Source of the DNA: an uncultured Chloroflexia bacterium
Lineage (GTDB): Bacteria > Chloroflexota > Limnocylindria > Limnocylindrales > CSP1-4
Assembly: GCA_963833225.1 (NCBI GenBank)
Contig: CAWHXD010000005.1
Span: 96,001-160,000 of the forward strand
DNA length: 64,000 nucleotides
Direction of reading: 5' to 3'
The notes under the pieces: generated by a model
Told to the model about the DNA's origin: nothing
The model's input: the letters and a program-made list of their open reading frames with translations, nothing else
The model's database searches: none
In this document: in pieces, positions 1-11,095 of the stretch
How the letters are laid out: each line of letters starts with the position of its first letter
Position numbering within the stretch: position 1 is the stretch's first letter
Translations under genes and position numbers: made by a program

Positions 1-684
1 CGATCGCCGTTGTGCTCAACGTGAGAAGGAGCTGTGGTTTCAAGCGGCATCTACCGGGCCGTCTTCGTCCTGCCCGTCGTCATCCCGCCGATCATCGTGG
101 CGACGGTCTGGCGCAACATGTTCGACCAGCACAACGGCGCGATGAACTACGCTGCTCGGCGGATCGCGGGTGCTGCTCAAGATCCCCGGCGCGTGTCAAG
201 ATCGCACTGGCTCGGCGGATCAGGGCAACCCGATCTCGTTCTTCCCCTGCCTGCCGCTCGCCTACTTCGCGCTGCTGACGGCCAACATCTGGCTCGGCTG
301 GCCGCTCAACGCGGTCGTAGCCACGGGCGCGCTGCAGAGCATCCCGCACGGATCTCTACGAGGCGGTCGAGATGGACGGCGGCGGCGCCTGGCACGAAGT
401 TCAAGGCCGTCACCCTGCCGTTCCTGCGGCCGGCGATGCTCCCCTACGCGATCTACGGCTTCGTGATCACGTTCAACCTGTTCTACCTCTCGTACTTCAT
501 GACCGGCGGAGGTCCGTTCGGTCGCACGGAGCTGCTGGTGACCGAGGCCTACCAAGCTGGTGCAACGACCAGCAGCTCTACGGTGTCGCCGCAGCTTTCT
601 CCGTGATCATGTTCTTCATCCTCCTGGTCCTGACGCTGATCACGAACCGGCTGGCGAAGGCGACGGCGAGCTATGTCGGACTGA
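1..684 (+). CDS. Carbohydrate ABC transporter permease (MalF-like), 5'-truncated by the window edge, with several frameshifts
   Basis: Permease segments are spread over three frames: IYRAVFVLPVVIPPIIVATVWRNMF; ANIWLGWP..VATGALQSIP; KFKAVTLPFLRPAMLPYAIYGFVITFN; YGVAAAFSVIMFFILL. The end coordinate is approximate. Confidence 0.8.
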
Positions 685-729
685 GCGGCGAACCCCGCGA
701 CCCCGACCGACGAGTGGGAGGGCCACGCG

Positions 730-1688
730 ATGACCGCGAGCCGCCTGCGGCGAACGCCTCCGGTCCAAGAGCCAGGTCGTCCGCCCATGACGAGGGTCGA
801 CTCCTGCCGCTCCGCCAGCAGGCGCTGCTCCAGGCCATCTGCATGTTCATCGCCGCCACGGTCCTGTTCCCGATCGTCTGGATCTTCTCGCCTGGCGCTC
901 GACCCGAGAAACCTGCTCGGCCGGCCGACCTCCCTGATCCCGGCCGGCGCATCGCTGGACGCGTTCGCACGCGTCCATCGCCCAGCCCACCAGCGATGCG
1001 ATCATCGCTTCCTGCGACTCGCCTGCAACAGCTTCCTGCTGGCCGTCCGCGGCGGCGCTGTTCTCGGTGGGCGATCGGCGTGGCTCGCGGCATACGCCTT
1101 CTCGAGGCTCAACTTCCGGGCGCGCGAGGTGCTGATGATCGCGATCCTCGGCGTCCTCATGCTGCCGGCCGTCGCGACGATCGCCCCGCTCTGTTCATCA
1201 TGCTCAACTCGGTGCGCATGGATCTGCCGATCCTCGGCCAGACTCAACCTCCGCCAGTCGCTGGTCGGCGTCGGGCTGGCTGATCGTTCCGGAGCGCTGC
1301 CGTTCGCGATCTGGAACCTCAAGGGCTACCTGGACACCATCCCCAAGGAGCTCGAGGAGGCGGCAGCCGTGGACGGCTGCACCCGCAACCAGTCGTTCTT
1401 CAGGATCGTGCTGCCGCTGGCGACGCCCGCCCTCGCCGTGACCGGGTTCCTCGGCTTCATCGCCGGCTGGACGGAGTTCTACTTCGTCTCGATCTTCCTG
1501 AACGACCCGACGCAGGGGTTCACCCTGTCGCTGGCCCTCAACAAGATGGTGGGCGCCTTCGGCCAGACGCCGTGGTCGGACTTTGCGGCGTTCTCGATCA
1601 TGTTCGCCGCACCGGTGTCGCGTCGTGTACTTCTTCTTCCAGCGGTAGATCGTGGGCGGTCTCGCGATCGGGGGCGTCAAGGGATAAC
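730..1688 (+). CDS. Carbohydrate ABC transporter permease (MalG-like), frameshifted
   Basis: EAA loop LPFAIWNLKGYLDTIPKELEEAAAVDGCTRNQSFFRIVLPLATPALA; ends with the typical ...GGVKG* at TAA 1686-1688. Confidence 0.85.
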
Positions 1689-1798
1689 GGGCGCCGACGG
1701 TCCCGACGGCACTCGACACCAGCCGTCGGGCTCGGCCACGATTTCGCGTGCTGCGGGACCGCGCAGGGCGTGCGGCGCAGCCGGGATGAGGTTCGCCG

Positions 1799-2026
1799 AT
1801 GGCATTCCCGTTCTGGTGGATGGGAGCCGCGCTCGCCACCGTGTTCCTCGCGCTCGCGTTCACGCTGTTCGGCGCGGCGCTGCGGATGCTTGCGTGGACC
1901 GCTGGCGAGATGCGCCAGTCGATGCTCCCGGGCGTCGTGGCCGGCTTTCGGGGCTGGGCCGGCACGGGTGGGCCGGGCGGTGGGGCTCGAGCGCGAGTCG
2001 GCCTCGCCCCGGATGGCGGCGGGTGA
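1799..2026 (+). CDS. Small hypothetical membrane protein
   Basis: 75 aa with one hydrophobic helix (FWWMGAALATVFLALAFTLFGAAL); GAGG upstream. Confidence 0.45.
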   Translation: MAFPFWWMGAALATVFLALAFTLFGAALRMLAWTAGEMRQSMLPGVVAGFRGWAGTGGPGGGARARVGLAPDGGG

Positions 2027-2160
2027 GCCCGGTGGCGGATCGGTCATGGAGGAGCTGATCGGACCTGGGGTCGCGACCGCCCCCGCGCGGCGCCAGTCAG
2101 GCCGTTGATGCCCGACCCGCGTGTCTGGCCGGCGGAGACCCGGCGGCCCGGCGCGATGGA

Positions 2161-3906
<1,746 letters not shown>

Positions 3907-3944
3907 CCGGTGAGTCTAGCGAGGCGCCCGCTATGCTCTCTGGC

Positions 3945-5516
3945 ATGCCCATCGACACCCCGGACTGGGTTCGTGACGCCGTGTTCTACCAGGTCTTCCT
4001 GGATCGATTCGCGAGCTCGCCGCGGGTCGTCAAGCCCGGTCCGCTGGAGCCCTGGGACGCGCCGCCAACCGACTATGGCTTCAAGGGCGGCGACCTGCTC
4101 GGCGTCGCGGAGCGGCTGCCCTACCTCGCCGATCTCGGGATCACCGCGATCTACCTCACGCCGGTCTTCGCGTCGGCCTCGAACCACCGGTACCACACGT
4201 ACGACTACCTCTCGGTGGACCCGTTGCTCGGCGGGGATGCGGCCCTGCGGGAGCTGCTCGACGCGGCGCACGGGCGTGGGATGCGGGTCGTCCTTGACGG
4301 GGTGTTCAACCACACGGGCCGCGGCTTCTGGGCGTTCCACCACGTGCTCGAGAACGGCGCCGGCTCACCCTATCGAGACTGGTTCCACTTCGATCCGTCG
4401 GCGCTGGACGGTCGGCGGCCCCTCCGGCCCTACCCCGGGGAACCCGATGGCAACGATGCCCCGGATCTGCCGCCCGGGTTGGCCACGGACGACCCGCTCG
4501 GCGACGAGTCGCTGCGGCGGTTCGGCTACCGCGCGTGGTGGGGCCTGCCCGCGCTGCCCAAGCTGAACCTCACCAATCCCGACGCCCGTGAGCACGTGAT
4601 GGCGGCCGCCGAGCACTGGCTCCGCTTTGGCATCGACGGCTGGCGGCTCGACGTCCCGACGGAGATCCATGAGCCGGGATTCTGGGAGGAGTTCCGCCGG
4701 CGCATGCGGGCCGTGAACCCCCACGCCTATCTCGTCGGGGAGATCTGGCACGACGCGCCCGAGTGGCTTGCCGGCGACCGGTTCGATGCCCTGATGAACT
4801 ACCCCCTGGCCCAGGCAATCCTCGGCTACGTCGCCCAAGGTGCCCTCGACGAGCAAGCGGTCCGGACGCACCCCGAATACGGTCGGTCCGTCGTGCGCCG
4901 CGACGGACCGGCGTTCGCCGCCGAGCTGGAACGCCTGATGGGGCTTTACGACCGGGCGGTCACGGACGTGCAGCTCAACCTGCTCGGCAGCCACGACAGC
5001 CCGCGGTTCAGGACGATGGCCGGGCGTGACCGTGCCGCATATTCGCTCGCGGTCCTGCTCCAGGCGACGCTCCCGGGCGCCCCGTGCACCTACTACGGCG
5101 ACGAGGTGGGTCTCGAAGGGGGCCTCGATCCGGACTGCCGCCGGGCGTTTCCGTGGGACGAGGCAGCCTGGGACCGTGACGCCGTGGCCTGGACCCGGGC
5201 CGCGTATGCCGCCCGTCATGCCCTGCCCGCATTGCGTCGCGGGTCGTTCCGGATCACCGGTGCTCACCAGGACGCTGTCGCGTTCGTGCGTGGTGCGGCC
5301 GACGGAGGTCTGCCCGTGCTCGTGGTCGTGAACGCCGGCGACCGGCCGGTCGAGCTGGAGGCGGATGTCGACGAGCTGGCACGGTCGACCTTGGTGGACC
5401 ACCGGCTGCCCGGAGGCAGCGGCGATGGTGCGTCGATCGTCGTCGCTGCGGATGGCCGGGCGACGATCCCCGTACCCCCGCGGGCGGGCCGCCTGCTGGT
5501 CCCCGAAACCGGCTGA
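3945..5516 (+). CDS. Neopullulanase/cyclomaltodextrinase-type GH13 glycosidase
   Basis: TPDWVRDAVFYQVFLDRF, SNHRYHTYDY, LDGVFNH, IDGWRLDV, GEIW, LGSHD. Confidence 0.93.
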   Translation: MPIDTPDWVRDAVFYQVFLDRFASSPRVVKPGPLEPWDAPPTDYGFKGGDLLGVAERLPYLADLGITAIYLTPVFASASNHRYHTYDYLSVDPLLGGDAALRELLDAAHGRGMRVVLDGVFNHTGRGFWAFHHVLENGAGSPYRDWFHFDPSALDGRRPLRPYPGEPDGNDAPDLPPGLATDDPLGDESLRRFGYRAWWGLPALPKLNLTNPDAREHVMAAAEHWLRFGIDGWRLDVPTEIHEPGFWEEFRRRMRAVNPHAYLVGEIWHDAPEWLAGDRFDALMNYPLAQAILGYVAQGALDEQAVRTHPEYGRSVVRRDGPAFAAELERLMGLYDRAVTDVQLNLLGSHDSPRFRTMAGRDRAAYSLAVLLQATLPGAPCTYYGDEVGLEGGLDPDCRRAFPWDEAAWDRDAVAWTRAAYAARHALPALRRGSFRITGAHQDAVAFVRGAADGGLPVLVVVNAGDRPVELEADVDELARSTLVDHRLPGGSGDGASIVVAADGRATIPVPPRAGRLLVPETG

Positions 5517-5596
5517 CACGTCATGGACGGCCACGGTCGGCCGCGGCAGGTGGAATCGCCGCCGCGCGTGGCTGCGGCAGGTATGCTCGCCGCGCC

Positions 5597-6268
5597 GTGA
5601 CCGACGTGCCGTTCGCCTCTGATCCCTCGCTCGCCGATGGCCTCTCCGCCGTGATGGACGCGGATGGGCGGATCCCGCGTGCGCTCGACGCCCTCGGTCC
5701 TCTTGCCGGCCGCGCGGTCGGCGTGCTCGACGTTCCGGGCACGCCGTGGCTTGACCGGATCCGCGCCCTCGGTCCGGAGCCGCTCGTGGTCGCGCCTGCC
5801 GTTCCCGGCGGAGCCCTGGTGATCCCCGCCACGGAGGCATCGCTCGACGTGGTGGTGACGCTCTGGTCCGGCTTCCGGGGCGTGGAGGAGTCGGACCTCG
5901 CGGAGGTCGACCGGGTCCTCCGGCCCGGCGGGAGGCTGCTCGTGGTCCACGACTACGGTCGGGACGACGTGTCCGCCCTGCGCGATCCCGGGGCTCCCGA
6001 GTACCGGTCCTGGAGCCGTCGCGGGGGGCCGTTCCTGCGCCCGGGGGGGTTCAAGATCCGGGTCGTCCACTCGTTCTGGACGTTCGTGGACCTGGAGGCT
6101 GCGCGGCAGGCGCTGGCCGGGTTCGGCGATCGCGGCGAAGCCCTGGGGGCCGGGCTGAAGCGGCCGCGGCTGGCGTGGAACGTGGCGATCTACCACCGCG
6201 CCCGGCTGGGGATCGAGCCACCGTCCGCGGCCGGCGGTGGATCGGGGACTGGCCCCGCTCCCGGCTGA
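5597..6268 (+). CDS. SAM-methyltransferase-fold protein with a degenerate motif I
   Basis: ASLDVVV...EVDRVLRPGGRLLVV (class I MTase post-II motif). Confidence 0.65.
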   Translation: MTDVPFASDPSLADGLSAVMDADGRIPRALDALGPLAGRAVGVLDVPGTPWLDRIRALGPEPLVVAPAVPGGALVIPATEASLDVVVTLWSGFRGVEESDLAEVDRVLRPGGRLLVVHDYGRDDVSALRDPGAPEYRSWSRRGGPFLRPGGFKIRVVHSFWTFVDLEAARQALAGFGDRGEALGAGLKRPRLAWNVAIYHRARLGIEPPSAAGGGSGTGPAPG

Positions 6269-6305
6269 CCGGCCCCGCCGGGGCACCCCTGCTACGCTCG
6301 GCACC

Positions 6306-6695
6306 ATGAGCGGACGAAGGACTCACGACCGCCGGCCGGCGGCTCCGGCCGCCCAACGGCGCGGGCCCCATCTCGGGCCTCTCGGCATCTCGCCGCTCCG
6401 CGTGATGCTGTTCATCGCGCTGCTCGGTGGGCTGGGCTTCCTCGCCTACGCGGTGCTCGTCCGCGACCAGCTCCAGGTGCCGCTGATGGCCTCCGGGTTC
6501 GCGGTGTTGGGGATCGTGTTCGCCGCCATGGCCGTGCTGGCGCTGCTGTCCGTGGTCCGCGCGGGCCGGGAGGGGCGGGACGGGATCGCCGTCCTGACGT
6601 CCGTGTTCGGCGGCCTGCTCGCCGTCGCATCGCTCCTGGCGCTCGCCGCAGCCATGATCATGAGCCTCCTCTGGGGCGGGACCGAGGGAGCCTGA
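6306..6695 (+). CDS. Hypothetical 3-TM membrane protein
   Basis: Three hydrophobic helices; TACGCT 7 nt upstream of ATG 6306. Confidence 0.75.
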   Translation: MSGRRTHDRRPAAPAAQRRGPHLGPLGISPLRVMLFIALLGGLGFLAYAVLVRDQLQVPLMASGFAVLGIVFAAMAVLALLSVVRAGREGRDGIAVLTSVFGGLLAVASLLALAAAMIMSLLWGGTEGA

Positions 6696-6728
6696 CTGCT
6701 ACACTCGGCCGGCCGTCCGTCGCGCCGT

Positions 6729-6805
6729 GCCCCCATCGTCTAGAGGCCTAGGACGCCACCCTTTCAAGGTGGAGATCGCCGGTTCGAATCCGGCTGGGGG
6801 TACCA
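6729..6805 (+). tRNA. tRNA-Glu (TTC)
   Basis: GCCCCCA/TGGGGGT acceptor stem; CCACC-CTTTCAA-GGTGG anticodon arm; GCCGG-TTCGAAT-CCGGC T arm; encoded CCA; TACACT -10 at about 6700. Confidence 0.97.
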
Positions 6806-6880
6806 CCCCCGTTGCGCCCCGGCCGGTCCATGTGGTCCTGCGACCCGGCACGAGTCGCGCCACTGCGGCATGCTCCCCCC

Positions 6881-7837
6881 GTGACCCTGGTGCCGTTCAC
6901 GCACGCCCACGTCCTGCCGGCCGCCGCGTTGGTGGCCGCGGGTGTCGACCGTCTGCGCCACGACCTGCCCGCGATCCCGCGGGCCTGGACCGACCCGACG
7001 CACGTGGCGAGGGTGCTGGCCGGGCTCGCCGATCAGGGAGCGGGACTCGCGGCCATCGACGACCGCGATCTTGTCGCGTTCCAGGCGGCGATCACCATCG
7101 ACGGGCGGGGTGGGCGCTGGACCTACACGTCCGACGTGGGCCACGCCGCACCTCCAGACCCCGAAGGGCGGCTCCGGACCCGACTGTATGCCGCGCTGGC
7201 GGACGGCTGGCTCCGGGGCGCGTGCGCGGAGCACGTGATCTCGGTTCCGGCTGACGACGAGGGGGCCCTCGCGACCTATGCGCGGCTCGGGTTCGGCCAG
7301 CATGTGATCGACCTCGTCGCGCCGCTCCTGCCGATCGAGCGCGGGTCTCTCCCGGCTGGCGTCACGCTGCGCCGCGCCGGCCCGGCGGATGCGGCACCGG
7401 TCGCCGATCTCGACGCTCAGCTGCGCCACCACCTCGAGGCATCGCCGGTCTTCGTCCGCCCGGCCGCCCCGCTGCCGGTCGAGGTCGGCCGCAAGCACCT
7501 CGAGGATCCCGCCGTCGCGACGTTCATCGCCGAGCGCGACGGCGAGGTGGTGGCATTCCTGCGGATCGGGCCCTGTGCCAACGACGTCGCGACGATCGTG
7601 CGTGACCCGGCGACGGCGAGCGTGACGGCAGCCTTCACGCGCCCCGAGAACCGCGGCTCGGAGATCGCCTCGCACCTGCTGGCTGCCGCCGTCTCGTGGG
7701 CCGAGGCCCAGGGGTACGTCCGGTGGGCCACGGATCACGAGTCCGCGAACGGCGAGGCGTTGCGGTTCTGGGCACGACACGCGACCCCCGTGACCGTTTC
7801 GATGAGCCGACGGCTGGCGTCGTCGTTGGTCCCATGA
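6881..7837 (+). CDS. Tandem GNAT-family acetyltransferase
   Basis: Two GNAT halves: LYAALADGW...YARLGF and AFTRPENRGSEIASHLL...NGEALRFW. Confidence 0.85.
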   Translation: MTLVPFTHAHVLPAAALVAAGVDRLRHDLPAIPRAWTDPTHVARVLAGLADQGAGLAAIDDRDLVAFQAAITIDGRGGRWTYTSDVGHAAPPDPEGRLRTRLYAALADGWLRGACAEHVISVPADDEGALATYARLGFGQHVIDLVAPLLPIERGSLPAGVTLRRAGPADAAPVADLDAQLRHHLEASPVFVRPAAPLPVEVGRKHLEDPAVATFIAERDGEVVAFLRIGPCANDVATIVRDPATASVTAAFTRPENRGSEIASHLLAAAVSWAEAQGYVRWATDHESANGEALRFWARHATPVTVSMSRRLASSLVP

Positions 7838-7877
7838 GGCGGCCGATCCACGCTGGCCCCTGCTATCCTCCGGGGCG

Positions 7878-8231
7878 ATGGACCTGATGGGTGTGACGAT
7901 CCGCACGATCGTCAACGACAACGTCGCGATCCGGTGTGACGGCTGCCGGGAGATCATCCCCGGCACCCCATGGCGCGTGAACCTGCTGGACATCGTCGCC
8001 CCCGAGGTCGCGGTCGGCTGGACCGAGTCCTCGCCGGTGAACCCGGGCCCGCACCAGTTCCACTCCGACCCGGCGTGCGTCCGACGGTGGATGGCCGAGA
8101 AGGGCTACCGGTTCTGCCGGCGCGGCGAGGTCCGCGAGATCATGCGCCCGGTGCCGCTTCCCACGGAGCCCCCGTCCTGGGGGCTGTGCGACGGCATCCA
8201 CCGCGACGATCACGAGTTCGTCCCGGCCTGA
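7878..8231 (+). CDS. Small Cys/His-rich hypothetical protein (putative metal binder)
   Basis: 117 aa, high GC3 codon pattern; CDGC, HQFH..C, FC, CDGIH..H. Confidence 0.8.
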   Translation: MDLMGVTIRTIVNDNVAIRCDGCREIIPGTPWRVNLLDIVAPEVAVGWTESSPVNPGPHQFHSDPACVRRWMAEKGYRFCRRGEVREIMRPVPLPTEPPSWGLCDGIHRDDHEFVPA

Positions 8232-8265
8232 TCCTTCGCGACGGCGCACCCCGCGCGGCCACCGG

Positions 8266-8295
8266 TTGACGGCCCTCGGCAGCCGCCCCTACACT
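8266..8295 (+). promoter_or_regulatory. Sigma70-type promoter for the HTH regulator operon
   Basis: TTGACG (8266-8271), 18 bp spacer, TACACT (8290-8295). Confidence 0.7.
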
Positions 8296-8317
8296 CCGCG
8301 CCGCCGGGTCCGAAAGC

Positions 8318-9094
8318 ATGGACCCAGATTTACCAAGGTTCCAGACCCTTTCTCCGGAGCAGCGCGTGCCCGACGCCCAGCCAACCACCGTGCGGCCCCA
8401 GCCCGAGCGCCTCGCGCTCGGTGAGGCGAGCCGGCTCCTTGGCGTGGATCCCGACACGCTGCGTCGTTGGGCCGACGAGGGTCGGGTCCCCGCCTTCACG
8501 ACCCCGGGCGGGCACCGCCGGTTCGACCGGCGTGCCCTGGAGCGCCTGATCGCCGCCCGACGGACCGGTCCGACGGGTGGCCTCGCCGGTCTCGGGGCCA
8601 GCCAGGGCCGTCTTAGCGCGGCGTATCGGCGCCGCTACGGCCAGGACCACGGCGGCACGCCCGACCCGCGGCTGACGGTCCCGGCCGAGGAGCGCGAGGC
8701 GTTCCGCGAGCTGGGCCGGAGCCTCGTGGACGCGCTTGTCCGGCACCTTGACGAGACGGGCCCCGGGCGGGCGCTCGCCGAGCGCGACGCCCTGGATCTC
8801 GCGGCGCACTTCGGGGAGCGCCTGGCGACGCACGGTGCTTCGCTGGGCGACGGCGTCACCATGTTCGTCAACGCGCGCCGGCCGTTCCTCGCCGAGCTCT
8901 CGGTGTTTGCCCGGCGGCGTGGCGTGGACGCCTCGCGGATCGGGGAGCTCTACGACACCTCGACGGGCCTTCTCGACCGGCTGCTGCTCGCGTTCGTGGC
9001 TGCCTACGAGGGCGCCTCGGGGGAGCTCGCGAACGCTGCGGAGCGGGCGGGCGTGCCGCGGCCGAACACACCGACCGCCCCGGCGCGGGACTGA
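8318..9094 (+). CDS. MerR/excisionase-type HTH regulator with a C-terminal all-helical sensor-like domain
   Basis: LGEASRLLGVDPDTLRRWADEGRVPAFTTPGGHRRF; the true start may be GTG 8366. Confidence 0.85.
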   Translation: MDPDLPRFQTLSPEQRVPDAQPTTVRPQPERLALGEASRLLGVDPDTLRRWADEGRVPAFTTPGGHRRFDRRALERLIAARRTGPTGGLAGLGASQGRLSAAYRRRYGQDHGGTPDPRLTVPAEEREAFRELGRSLVDALVRHLDETGPGRALAERDALDLAAHFGERLATHGASLGDGVTMFVNARRPFLAELSVFARRRGVDASRIGELYDTSTGLLDRLLLAFVAAYEGASGELANAAERAGVPRPNTPTAPARD

Positions 9095-9099
9095 CCGCG

Positions 9100-10185
9100 A
9101 TGCAGACCGTGCTGCCCGCCGTCACCAGCGTCCTCGCGCTGGTCTTCTCGCTGATGCTCGTGGACCAGTGGCGTGAGCGCCGCCACGGCTTCCAGCTGGT
9201 CTGGGCCCTGGGGATGCTCTGGTACGGCGTCGGTGCAGGCGCGGAGGCCCTCGCCGCGGCCGGTGGCTGGAACGAGGGGCTCTATCGCACCTGGTACCTG
9301 ACCGGCGCGGTCTGGACGGCAGCCTGGCTGGGCCTGGGGACCGCGTTCCTGCTGGGTCGCACGCGCTTTGGCTATACCTACGCGATCCTGCTGCTGCTAT
9401 CGGGCCTGGTCGCGCTGATGATCCGGAACGCTCCTTCCTACCAGGGTGCAGGCCCGCTGCCGCTGCTGTACCTGATCGGCGCCGTCATCCTCGCGCTTGC
9501 GATCGGTGCGGAGACGTACTTCGGGAATGACGCATGGCCCCGCTTCGCCGCCGGCGCCATCATCGGCGTGACCGTCGTCTCGGTGATCCTGATGGCGGCC
9601 ACGCCGCCGCTGGCCGCGCCCGGGTACGCCGTGAGCGCCGCGACGGGCCAGCCGGTCGGCGACGCGATGCCTGGGTACCTGCGGCTCCTGACGCCCGTGA
9701 TGAACATCCCGGGAGCCATGTCGCTGCTCCTGGGCGCGGTGTTCTCCACCTACGTGTTCATGCCCAAGAAGCGGATCCTGCCGTACTCGCTGGACCCAAA
9801 CCAGCCCGGCGACCAGTTCCTGTTCAACCTGTGCATCGCCCCGGTCGCGATCCTGGTCAACCTCGTGGCATCGCTGCCGGGCGCCACGCGGGACCTGGTC
9901 GCCGGCCGGCTTCACTCGCGCGTGCCGGCGACGATCCTGATCGCCATCGGCGCCTTCTTCCCGACGGTCACGGACTCGCTCAACCGGGCCGGCTTCACCG
10001 ATCTGTTCGCGCTGGGCAAGCTCCTGGGCGTGGTCTTCCTGTTCGCAGGCTTCCTGGTGTCGGCCGAGGTCTTCCGCGAGATCCGGATCCCGTTCACCGG
10101 GCTCCGCCTGATCACCCGACATCGTCCCGCCGAGGTCGAACCCGCCGGCGCCAGCACGGCCGGGCCAGACCCCCGACCATCCTAG
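9100..10185 (+). CDS. Uncharacterised multi-TM membrane protein (paralog A)
   Basis: About 9-10 hydrophobic segments; starts 5 nt after the regulator stop; clear paralog at 41514..42548. Confidence 0.85.
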   Translation: MQTVLPAVTSVLALVFSLMLVDQWRERRHGFQLVWALGMLWYGVGAGAEALAAAGGWNEGLYRTWYLTGAVWTAAWLGLGTAFLLGRTRFGYTYAILLLLSGLVALMIRNAPSYQGAGPLPLLYLIGAVILALAIGAETYFGNDAWPRFAAGAIIGVTVVSVILMAATPPLAAPGYAVSAATGQPVGDAMPGYLRLLTPVMNIPGAMSLLLGAVFSTYVFMPKKRILPYSLDPNQPGDQFLFNLCIAPVAILVNLVASLPGATRDLVAGRLHSRVPATILIAIGAFFPTVTDSLNRAGFTDLFALGKLLGVVFLFAGFLVSAEVFREIRIPFTGLRLITRHRPAEVEPAGASTAGPDPRPS

Positions 10186-10231
10186 GGGCGTCGACGGCCC
10201 GAGATCCCGTAGGGGGCTATCCTCGACGCCG

Positions 10232-11011
10232 ATGGACGGCACACCGCTGGAGCTCGGCACCCGGTCGTGGACGGCCATCGGACCCCGGGATGCCCCGGGT
10301 CTGGTCTTCCTCCATGGCACGCGCCTGAGCCGCTCGCAGTGGTTGCCCCAGCTGCGGCGGCTCTCCGGCTCCTTCCGGTGCGTGGCTCTCGATCTTCCCG
10401 GCCATGGCACCCTCGCCGCCGACCCGTTCACGATCGATGCCGCCGTCAGGACCGTGTGCGAGGCGATCGAGGCGGAGATCCCGTCCGGTCGCGCGGTCCT
10501 GGTCGGCCTGTCGATGGGCGGATACGTCGCGATCGACACGGCCGAGGCCCATCCGGAGCGGGTCGCGGGCCTCGTGCTCGCCGGCTGTTCGGCAGAGGCC
10601 TTCGGGCCGATGGTCTGGCCGTTCCGCTTCTTCCGCTGGCTGCTCCGCGACGTGCCGCCTGCCGTCCAGGGTCTGGTCAACCGCGGCTTCTTCCGCGCCC
10701 GCTACCCGCATGCGATCGCCGCGCCGATCATCGAGGGTGGGTTCTGGGCGGAGGGCGGCGCCGCCGCGCTCGACCTGCTGGTCGGTCGCCCCTACCTGGA
10801 GCGCCTGGGCCGCCTCTGGACCCCCGTCCTCGTCGTCAACGGGGCGCTCGACCCGGTCTTCGGACCACAGGGCGAGTACTGGGCGGCATCCTGTCGCCAG
10901 GGGCGCCATGCTGTCGTCCCCCTGGCCATGCACCTCTCGAACCTCGACCGCCCAACGACCTTCTCGCGGCTCGTGGCGGCCTTCGCGGGCCGCGTTTGGC
11001 GCGACGTCTGA
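10232..11011 (+). CDS. Alpha/beta hydrolase
   Basis: VFLHG, LDLPGHG, GLSMGG nucleophile elbow, NGALD, HLSNLD. Confidence 0.9.
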   Translation: MDGTPLELGTRSWTAIGPRDAPGLVFLHGTRLSRSQWLPQLRRLSGSFRCVALDLPGHGTLAADPFTIDAAVRTVCEAIEAEIPSGRAVLVGLSMGGYVAIDTAEAHPERVAGLVLAGCSAEAFGPMVWPFRFFRWLLRDVPPAVQGLVNRGFFRARYPHAIAAPIIEGGFWAEGGAAALDLLVGRPYLERLGRLWTPVLVVNGALDPVFGPQGEYWAASCRQGRHAVVPLAMHLSNLDRPTTFSRLVAAFAGRVWRDV

Positions 11012-11095
11012 GGTCCCTCGCCGGGTCAGCAGAGGGGGGTCCCGCGGGGGTGGCGGTATACTGACTGGCCTCCACCCCGACCCCCGAGAGGTTTG

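Noticed and set aside
6729-7900. tRNA-Glu as the integration site of a genomic island
   Set aside because: No integrase, no duplicated tRNA 3' end and no compositional shift seen.
8318-9094. CarH/LitR B12 photoreceptor or phage excisionase
   Set aside because: There is no cobalamin-binding motif and no phage or integrase context.
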